Part shown: positions 43,033 through 49,882 of the stretch, in pieces
Layout: each line of letters opens with the position of its first letter
Position numbering within the stretch: the first letter of the stretch is position 1
Assembly: GCA_035762565.1 (NCBI GenBank)
Contig: DASTOJ010000015.1
Location: forward strand, 11,028 to 75,027
DNA length: 64,000 nucleotides
Reading direction: 5' to 3'
Source: Candidatus Methylomirabilota bacterium
GTDB lineage: Bacteria; Methylomirabilota; Methylomirabilia; Rokubacteriales; CSP1-6
Notes under the pieces: generated by a model
What the model saw: the letters and a program-made list of their open reading frames with translations, nothing else
What the model was told of the DNA's origin: nothing
Databases searched by the model: none
Position numbers and translations under genes: made by a program

Positions 43033-43377
43033 CTACGAGGTCTTGACCGCCGGGGAGCGGCGGCGCCGGACGCGGCCATCGCGACCGACGGCGGCGAGCC
43101 TGGCGCGAAGCGTCGCATTCTCGGCCAGCACCGCCTCGCTGGCGCGCCCGTCACCCGATGCGAGGGCTGGCTTGGACACCGGCGCCACGGCGCCGACCGC
43201 CTCGGAGTATTTCAGGTAGGTGTCGATCGAGGCCACCACGACGCGCGCCTCGACCGTGATGAGGTCGATGCCCACGAGGGAGACGCGCACCCACGCGTCG
43301 ATGACGATCCCCTTGTCGAGCACGCGATCGAGGACGTCGATGAGGCTGCTGCCACCGGTCGTCCGTTCAACAGGCAT
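43033..43377 (-). CDS. gvpA: Major gas vesicle structural protein GvpA-type (with ~45-aa C-terminal extension)
   Basis: [53 protein letters not shown] is near-identical in pattern to canonical GvpA. Strong SD GGGGAGA upstream. Confidence 0.9.
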   Translation of the reverse strand: MPVERTTGGSSLIDVLDRVLDKGIVIDAWVRVSLVGIDLITVEARVVVASIDTYLKYSEAVGAVAPVSKPALASGDGRASEAVLAENATLRARLAAVGRDGRVRRRRSPAVKTS

Positions 43378-43409
43378 CGTTGAATCTCCCCGGGACCGTC
43401 ATCGTCCCC

Positions 43410-43745
43410 TTACTCAGGCCGTCGGGCCCGACCGCCCGCCTTGGCGGTCGACGCAGCAAGGCGTCGCTCCAGGCTGCGGATCTGCTTCTTCAGCGCTTGG
43501 TTCTCGCCAGCCAGCCGATCCCGCCCGGGGGCCAGGTGCGAATCGTACCGCCACCAGTCCAGTCCGATCTGCTCGGCCTTGTCGATCGAGCACACGATCA
43601 GGCGGATGCGGATCGTGAGCAACTCGACCTCGGCCAGCGAGACCTTGATATCACCCGCGACGACGAGGCCCTTGTCGAGGACGCGGTCGAGCACGTCCAC
43701 GAGCCCACTGGCCCGGCCATTCATCGGTTGGAGATCAGTACGCAT
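43410..43745 (-). CDS. GvpA-family protein, GvpJ/GvpM-like
   Basis: [52 protein letters not shown] plus a coiled-coil/basic tail; 111 aa. The start is uncertain (ATG 43745 or 43724). Confidence 0.8.
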   Translation of the reverse strand: MRTDLQPMNGRASGLVDVLDRVLDKGLVVAGDIKVSLAEVELLTIRIRLIVCSIDKAEQIGLDWWRYDSHLAPGRDRLAGENQALKKQIRSLERRLAASTAKAGGRARRPE

Positions 43746-43796
43746 GCTCTCCCGATCGTGGGGCCTGTTTGAGCCGTCGCGCCGCGCGTTCAGGCG

Positions 43797-43832
43797 CCTC
43801 AGGGACCGGCCGGACCTCAGGGACCGGCCGGA
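43797..43832. repeat. Perfect tandem direct repeat, 2 x 18 bp (CCTCAGGGACCGGCCGGA)
   Basis: 43797-43814 and 43815-43832 are identical. They span roughly -4 to +32 of the predicted gvp promoter. Confidence 0.9.
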
Positions 43833-43834
43833 TG

Positions 43835-43863
43835 AGTATAGCGGGACGAGTATAGGAAGACAA
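43835..43863 (-). promoter_or_regulatory. Predicted gvp operon promoter TTGTCT-N17-TATACT
   Basis: Minus strand: TTGTCT (43863-43858), exactly 17 nt, TATACT (43840-43835). A second CTATACTC copy lies in the spacer: plus-strand GAGTATAG at 43834-43841 and 43848-43855. Confidence 0.5.
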
Positions 43864-43881
43864 TCGCGCGGGAGGGAAGAT

Positions 43882-43895
43882 GGAAAAGATTTTCC
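43882..43895. promoter_or_regulatory. AT-rich inverted repeat GGAAAA-GA-TTTTCC, centred about -61 from the predicted gvp TSS
   Basis: 6-bp perfect arms with a 2-bp centre, in an otherwise ~70% GC context. Confidence 0.45.
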
Positions 43896-43925
43896 CAGGC
43901 GGCGGTGCGTAGCTCCTACATGGCG

Positions 43926-44132
43926 TCAGTTCGTTGCCGGCAACAGGTCGGTGTAGACCAGGTCCCGAGCCGCCGCGGCGGCGTCCACCGTACGGAAGAG
44001 CGCGATCGCGCAGCGGCGGCACGTGATCTCGATGCTGTACGCCGTCCCACCGGGGGGCTCGAGGTGGATGGCCAGCACGCCACAGCCCCGGTGCTGCCGC
44101 ACGAACGCGCGAAGGTCCGAGAGCACTCCCAT
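43926..44132 (-). CDS. Small hypothetical protein (68 aa, H/C...CxxC)
   Basis: C-terminal 68 codons of track ORF 43926..45077: MGVLSDLRAFVRQHRGCGVLAIHLEPPGGTAYSIEITCRRCAIALFRTVDAAAAARDLVYTDLLPATN. The composition is protein-like, unlike the Arg/Gly-rich remainder of that ORF. Confidence 0.5.
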   Translation of the reverse strand: MGVLSDLRAFVRQHRGCGVLAIHLEPPGGTAYSIEITCRRCAIALFRTVDAAAAARDLVYTDLLPATN

Positions 44133-44220
44133 GATCGGCCTCGCTGGTGTCCAAGAACCGTGCCGATGACCTCGTTTCAGCGGCCGGTGCGGACGTCGAG
44201 GAGGGCGAAGACGGCGGAGC

Positions 44221-45143
44221 GTGTGCCGCCATCTCGCCCGCTTCACGGGGGCCGAGACGGTCTCGGCGCACATGCTGGATCCGGGCCGCAGCGCGCTCAT
44301 CCCCATCGCCGCGTACCGCGTGCCCGAGGAGGCCCTGCCCGTGCTGGCAGGGCAACTGCTGCCTCTCGACGTCCAGGGCTTCCGCGACACGCGGGCGAGC
44401 GCGTCGCCGGCACCTTCTACCTCGTGTGGTGGCGGAAGGCACGGCGGTTCGAGCCGGTGGAGCTGGCCACGCTGCAAGCGATCGGGCAGCAGGTCGGTCT
44501 GCTGCTCCGCAGCGCCCTCCTGCTCAAGGAAGCCGACTCGCGGCGTCAGGTAGCGGAGGCCGCCGAGGCGCGCTACCGCAGCCTCCTCGAGCGCGTCCCG
44601 GCCGGTGTCTGGCGCACGACGCCGACGGGGCAGATCCTCGAGGCCAATCCGGCCCTCGCGCAGATGTTCGGCTACCCGGATCGAGCCGCGTTCCTGGCCC
44701 TGAGCTCGGCGGACCTGTACGTGAACCGCAACGACCGCGAACGCCTCCGCCGGATCCTCGCCGCCGACGGCGTGGCCGACTTCACCGCCGAGCTTCGCCG
44801 CGCGGACGGGGCCCCGGTGTGGGTGCGCATGCAAGTCCGGGCCGAGGCGGCCGAGCGCCAGGCCGAGGCCCTGCGCTACGTCGCTCACCTGGCCAACGCC
44901 GCCGCCCACGAGATCAACAACCCCCTGTCGGTCATTACCGGGCGCCTGGAGCTGGTGCGCCGGCGGCTCGCCGGCAACGACGACGCGCTGGCGAAGATGG
45001 ACACGGCGCTCGAGGCCGCGCGCCGCATCGCCGAGATCATCGCGCACATGGGGCGGATCACCCGGCTGGAGGTCCACGGCCAGACGCCGAGCGTGCCGCC
45101 CATGCTCGACATCCGCGGCTCGGGCCCGTCAGAGCCGAGGTAG
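44221..45143 (+). pseudogene. Frameshifted, ATPase-less sensor remnant: partial GAF - PAS - HisKA (DHp) only
   Basis: The GAF N-half is in frame 44221 (FTGAETVSAHMLDPGRSALIPIAAYRVPEE...LPLDVQGFRD). The C-half, PAS and H-box are in the frame of ORF 43905..45143 (ERVAGTFYLVWW...; AHEINNPLSVITG). The shift lies near 44385-44400. No N/G1/G2 ATP-binding boxes precede the stop. Confidence 0.6.
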
Positions 45144-48100
45144 CTTGGCAATCAGCTCGATGAGGTCCTCGGGGTTCAGCGGCTTGGTGGCGTGCGCCGC
45201 GAAGCCCGCGGCGATCGCCTGTTCCCGCACCTCCCGCCCCGCGTAGGCCGTCAGCGCCACGGCCGGGATCGCCGCGCCCCGCGCCGCCCGCACCGCCGCG
45301 ATCAGCTCGTACCCGTCGGCGCCCGGCATGGCCAGATCGCTGACCAGCACGTCGACGGTCGCCCGGTTCAGGACCTCGAGCGCCGCGGCCACGCCGTCGG
45401 CCAGATGGACCTCGGCTCCGCGCTCGCGCAGCACGAGCCCCAGCACCTCGCGGGCGTCGCCGTGGTCGTCGACGACCAGCACTCGCAGGCCGTCCAGCCG
45501 CGCGCGCGCTCCGCGCTCGAGCGGCGCCGCGCCGCCGGTCACCAGGGGCGCCCGCACCGCGATGATCGGCAGCTCGACGACGAAGGTGGCCCCGCGCCCG
45601 CGGCCGGCGCTCTCGGCGCGGACGCGCCCGCCGTGCGCCTCGACCAGCTGGCGCACGATGGCCAGGCCGAGGCCGAGCCCCTGGTGGGCCCGGGTGGTGG
45701 TGCTGTCGGCCTGCTGGAACGGCTCGAACACGTGCGGCAGCACCTGCGAGTCGATCCCCTCGCCGCTGTCGCTCACGCTCAGCTGCGCGTGCACGCCCTC
45801 GCGGGTCAGCCTGACCGCGACCCGCCCGCCCGGCCGTGTGAACTTCACGGCGTTGGACAAGAGATTACTCACGACCTGCTGCAGGCGGGTGGGATCGCCC
45901 AGGACTTCGCCGGTGCCGGGGTCGAGGCCGGCGTCCAGGACGAGCGCCTTGGCCTCGACGTCACCGCGGATCGCCTCCAGCGCCTCCTGGACGACGAGGA
46001 CGAGGTCGACCGGGTACTTCTCCAGCTCCAGCTTGCCCGCGATGATGCGGGAGACGTCCAGCAGGTCGTTGATGAGCTGGGCCTGCAGGCGGGCGTTGCG
46101 CTCGATGACGTCGACCGCGCGCGTCTTCTGCGCCTCGTCCAGCCGCGGGTTGCGCAGCATGCGCAGCCACCCGATGATCGCGTTCAGTGGCGTGCGCAGC
46201 TCGTGCGACAGCGTGGCCAGGAAGTGGTCCTTGGCGCGGTTGGCGGCGTTCGCCTCGGCCCGGGCCGCCCGCTCGCCGGCGAACAGCCGGCTGTTGCGGA
46301 TCGCGATGGCGGCGTGGTCGGCCAGGCGCTGGCAGACGCCCTCCTCGTGCTCGCCGAACGGGCGCACCGTGCGCCGGCTGACGTAGATCAGCCCTTCGAT
46401 CGTGTCCTCGCCCGGGATCGGCACGATCATCGCCGACCGGATCCCCTCGGCGTCGATCACGCTCCGATGATCCGGGGGAACGGCGGTGTCCTCGCGCGCG
46501 TCGGGGGTCCGGTACGGCCGGCCGATGACCGGCACCCCGCCCTCCGGGCCCGCGCCCAACCGGATGTCGGCATCGAGGCGGGCCCGGGAACCGACCACGA
46601 GCCGCAGCCGCAACCCGTCGGCCCCGGGCTCGCCGAGGGCCAGGTGCACCACGTCGGCGTTGCAGAGCGCCAGAGCCGCCTCGGCGACCTGCTGGAGCAC
46701 GCGGTCGAGATCGAGCGAGCGGTTGATCTCGGCCGCCAGCGCGGCGAGAACGTCGAACTCGCGCCGCTGCCGCATGGCCTCCTCGTAGAGACGGGCGTTG
46801 TCCACCGCCACCGCCGCCTGGTCGGCGAACGCCTGGAGCATCTCGGCGTCGGCCGCCGTGAAGCGGCGGCCGGTCCGGTCGGCGACCGACAGGGCGCCGA
46901 TGATCTGTCCCTGCACGCGCAGAGGCACGGCGAGGACGGCGGCGTCGCCGGCGGCGATCATGCCCCGGCGCACGTCGTCGGCCGTGGCCAGCCGTTCGTC
47001 GGCGAAGATGTTCTCCGTCCACGCCGCGGCCCCTTGCGCGATCGCCAGGCCGGAGACGGACACGTTTCCGCCCGGCAGGACGTGGCCGGGCCGGAACGCC
47101 TCTCGCATGCCGCCGCCGAAGGCCACGCCGACCAGCGAGCCGTCCGGCGCGAGGAGGCGCAGACCGGAGGCACGCACGCCGAACGACCCCAGCACCACCT
47201 CGACCACCCGGGCGCCGGCATCGGCGACGTTGAGCGTCTCGGTGAACGAGCGGGCGACGCCGGCCAGCTCCTCGGCGACCCGGCGACGCGCCTCCGCCTC
47301 GGCCCGCGCGATCTGCTCGCGGGCCAGCAGGGCCACGCGCTCGTCCTCGACCCGCCGGCGGTCCCACACCAGCGTGGCCACCGGCAGGATCGTCGCCGCC
47401 ATGGTGCCCATGAACGCCTGTAGCAGCAGCAGCGACTCGTTCGGGGTGCCGCCGGCGAAGGGGCCGAGGCCGCGTTGCGTCCCCGCGATGGCCAGGCCGG
47501 ACAGGAGCAGGATCGCCGTGGCCGCCTCCCGCGGCCCGAAACGGAACGCCGCCCACAGCAGCACGGGGATCGTGAGGAACTCCAGCGGATAGGTCTTGGT
47601 GGCGAACGGCACTGCGCCGCCGAACACCACCTCGCTGACGCCGAGCAGGCCGGCCAGGAGCAGCGCCGCCTCGATGGGCCGCCCGGCGAGCGGGCCCAGG
47701 CCGCGCTGGCGACTCCACAGGAGCAAGACGGGCGCGACCACGACGGCGCCCGCCACATCGCCGAGCCACCACGTCGCCCAGATGGTGTTGTAGGCGGACC
47801 ACGGCGCGTAGCCGGCCAGGCTCAGGATGGTCACCCCGATCGTGGCGCTGACCACGGCGCTCGGCAGCGCGGCGACCACCAGGAACGTGAACACGCCGGC
47901 CGGTCGCTCGAACACGCGGGAGCCGCCGGCGAAGCGGGCGACCAGGCGGGCGCCGACGAGGCCCTCGAGCGTGTTGCCGGCGGCGATGCCGAGCGAGGTC
48001 AGCACGGAACCGGCGGTGGTGACGTTGACCAGGAAGGCGGCCAGGAAGATGGCGGGCCAGACGCGGGGCCCCAGCAGCAGCAGCGCGGCGAGCGCGATCC

Positions 48101-48224
48101 CGGCCGGCGGCCAGACGGGGCTCGCGCTGGCGTGCACCGACGCGAAGTACTGCAGCCCGAGCTTGCCGGCCAGGAAATACGCCGCGGCGATCGCGGCCAG
48201 CAGACTCACGCGCCGCAGCGTCAT
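45129..48224 (-). CDS. Hybrid sensor histidine kinase (MASE1 membrane domain, GAF repeats, HisKA, HATPase_c, REC)
   Basis: 1031 aa. N-terminus AAYFLAGKLGLQYF...ASPVWPPAGIALAALLL (MASE1-like), LSHELRTPLNAIIGW, GLGLGLAIVRQLVEAHGG, receiver VLVSDLAMPGADGYE. SD GGGAGGA. Confidence 0.9.
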   Translation of the reverse strand: MTLRRVSLLAAIAAAYFLAGKLGLQYFASVHASASPVWPPAGIALAALLLLGPRVWPAIFLAAFLVNVTTAGSVLTSLGIAAGNTLEGLVGARLVARFAGGSRVFERPAGVFTFLVVAALPSAVVSATIGVTILSLAGYAPWSAYNTIWATWWLGDVAGAVVVAPVLLLWSRQRGLGPLAGRPIEAALLLAGLLGVSEVVFGGAVPFATKTYPLEFLTIPVLLWAAFRFGPREAATAILLLSGLAIAGTQRGLGPFAGGTPNESLLLLQAFMGTMAATILPVATLVWDRRRVEDERVALLAREQIARAEAEARRRVAEELAGVARSFTETLNVADAGARVVEVVLGSFGVRASGLRLLAPDGSLVGVAFGGGMREAFRPGHVLPGGNVSVSGLAIAQGAAAWTENIFADERLATADDVRRGMIAAGDAAVLAVPLRVQGQIIGALSVADRTGRRFTAADAEMLQAFADQAAVAVDNARLYEEAMRQRREFDVLAALAAEINRSLDLDRVLQQVAEAALALCNADVVHLALGEPGADGLRLRLVVGSRARLDADIRLGAGPEGGVPVIGRPYRTPDAREDTAVPPDHRSVIDAEGIRSAMIVPIPGEDTIEGLIYVSRRTVRPFGEHEEGVCQRLADHAAIAIRNSRLFAGERAARAEANAANRAKDHFLATLSHELRTPLNAIIGWLRMLRNPRLDEAQKTRAVDVIERNARLQAQLINDLLDVSRIIAGKLELEKYPVDLVLVVQEALEAIRGDVEAKALVLDAGLDPGTGEVLGDPTRLQQVVSNLLSNAVKFTRPGGRVAVRLTREGVHAQLSVSDSGEGIDSQVLPHVFEPFQQADSTTTRAHQGLGLGLAIVRQLVEAHGGRVRAESAGRGRGATFVVELPIIAVRAPLVTGGAAPLERGARARLDGLRVLVVDDHGDAREVLGLVLRERGAEVHLADGVAAALEVLNRATVDVLVSDLAMPGADGYELIAAVRAARGAAIPAVALTAYAGREVREQAIAAGFAAHATKPLNPEDLIELIAKLPRL

Positions 48225-48262
48225 TGTCGCATCCTCCCACGCCGGGCGGCGCGGGACAATCG

Positions 48263-49495
48263 CTACACCTCGTTCTCCCAGACCTGCTCGAGGCGCTGGC
48301 GGCGGCGCAGCAGGCGCAGCGTCCCGTCCGCCTCCAGCATCACCTCCGGAGCCTGCGGATAGGAGTTGTAGTTGAGGGCCGCCATTGCCGCGCAGTAGGC
48401 GCCGGCGCCGCCCACGAGCACGAGATCCCCGATCTCGGGGCGGCGCACCCGCCGGGGGGCCAGGGCCTCGGGGTCGCCGGACGCCGGAGTGAGCACATCC
48501 CCCGACTCGCAGCAGGGCCCCACGAACACGACGTCGGCCTCGTCCCGGCCCTCGCCCAGCACCTCGATGGGGTGCTGCGCGCCGTACATCATCGGCCGCG
48601 TGACCTCCGGCATCCCGGTGTCGAGCTTGGCGAAGCGATAGCCGTCACGCCCGGTGTCGGCCACGTCCACGCAAGTGGCGACGACGACGCCGGCGTTGGC
48701 GACCAGGTACGTGCCCGGCTCGATCTCGAGGTGGAGACCACGGCCGTCGCGCTCGCGAAACGCCCGCAGCTCGGCGTGCACGTGCGCGCCCACGTCGGCC
48801 AAGTCCACCGACGGCTCGCCGGGCATCCGGCCGACCTTGAAGCCGCCGCCCAGGTTGAGGGTCTGCACGTCGGGCAGCTTCGCGGCGAGGTCGAGCGTCA
48901 GGCGCGTGCAGCGCTTCCAGACCTCGGGGTCGGTCCCGGAGCCGACGTGGCTGTGCAGCCGGGTGATTCGCAGATCGTACCGGTCGGCCAGGCTCTTCAC
49001 CTCCCCCAGGTACTCGTGCCAGATGCCGAAGCTGGAGGCGGGGCCGCCGGTGTTGGTCCGGTTCGTGGAGCCGGTCCCCAGACCGGGGTTCATCCGCACC
49101 GAGACCTCGCGTCCACGCGCGACGCGGCCCAGGGCCTCGAGCTGGTGGAGCGAGCAGGCGTTGCAGAGGACGCCGCGCGCCAGATGCTCGGCCAGGCGCG
49201 GGCTCGGCATCTGCGAGGTGAGCTGGATCGCGCCGGGCGCGAACCCGGCCCGCAGCGCGCGCTCGACCTCGTGGTCGCTGGAGGCGTCGATGTGCAGCCC
49301 CAGCCCGCGGAAGACCTCCAGCACCCCGCGGCTCGGGTTGGCCTTCATCGCGTAGCGCAGCGTGAACCCGAACGGCGCCGGGAAGGCCAGCGCCCGGCGC
49401 GCGGCGGCCTCGAGCGCGGCGCGGTCGTAGACGTAGCACGGGGTGCCGAAGCGCTCCCGCACCTCCGCGGCTTGCGATGGGGCCAGGGCTGGCAT
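48263..49495 (-). CDS. Type III PLP-dependent decarboxylase (diaminopimelate/ornithine decarboxylase fold)
   Basis: FGTPCYVYD, RYAMKANP (PLP Lys), HSHVGSG, GGGF, CESGD; start at MPALAPS (ATG 49495). Confidence 0.75.
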   Translation of the reverse strand: MPALAPSQAAEVRERFGTPCYVYDRAALEAAARRALAFPAPFGFTLRYAMKANPSRGVLEVFRGLGLHIDASSDHEVERALRAGFAPGAIQLTSQMPSPRLAEHLARGVLCNACSLHQLEALGRVARGREVSVRMNPGLGTGSTNRTNTGGPASSFGIWHEYLGEVKSLADRYDLRITRLHSHVGSGTDPEVWKRCTRLTLDLAAKLPDVQTLNLGGGFKVGRMPGEPSVDLADVGAHVHAELRAFRERDGRGLHLEIEPGTYLVANAGVVVATCVDVADTGRDGYRFAKLDTGMPEVTRPMMYGAQHPIEVLGEGRDEADVVFVGPCCESGDVLTPASGDPEALAPRRVRRPEIGDLVLVGGAGAYCAAMAALNYNSYPQAPEVMLEADGTLRLLRRRQRLEQVWENEV

Positions 49496-49534
49496 GGCGC
49501 AGAGAGTGGCAGAGCGCGGGGCCGGATGCAACCG

Positions 49535-49882
49535 CTAGCGCGAGGCGAACACGCGGGCCTTGAGACGGCGCGGCACCCACACGGCCAGCAGGCGGGCGGC
49601 GCGCGCCAGACGGTCGAGCGAGTCCGGCGTGCCCGGCCAGTACTTGAGGACGAGCCCGCGGTCCACGTAGTTGAGCAGGCCGTCCACCAGCACCGCCGCC
49701 AGCAGCACGTCGTCCAGGTAGCCGAGGAACGGGACGAAGTCGGGGACGAGGTCGACCGGGCTGGCCAGGTACACCATCGCCGCGGCCAGGGCGACCTTGG
49801 CCGCCCGCGGCAGCAGCGGATCGCGGACCAGGCCCGCGATCAGGCGCACCAGGCTCGGCAGCGCGCGCACCAGGGCCTTCAC
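49535..49882 (-). CDS. DUF1232 (YkvA-like) small membrane protein
   Basis: AAAMVYLASPVDLVPDFVPFLGYLDDVLLAAVLV is the DUF1232 signature. GTG 49882 overlaps the upstream stop (GTGA). Confidence 0.7.
   Translation of the reverse strand: MKALVRALPSLVRLIAGLVRDPLLPRAAKVALAAAMVYLASPVDLVPDFVPFLGYLDDVLLAAVLVDGLLNYVDRGLVLKYWPGTPDSLDRLARAARLLAVWVPRRLKARVFASR

Noticed and set aside
43797-43832. Tandem 18-bp repeat considered as a CRISPR or minisatellite.
   Set aside because: There are only two copies, directly abutting with no spacer, and no cas genes. The position over a predicted promoter or leader fits a regulatory element better.
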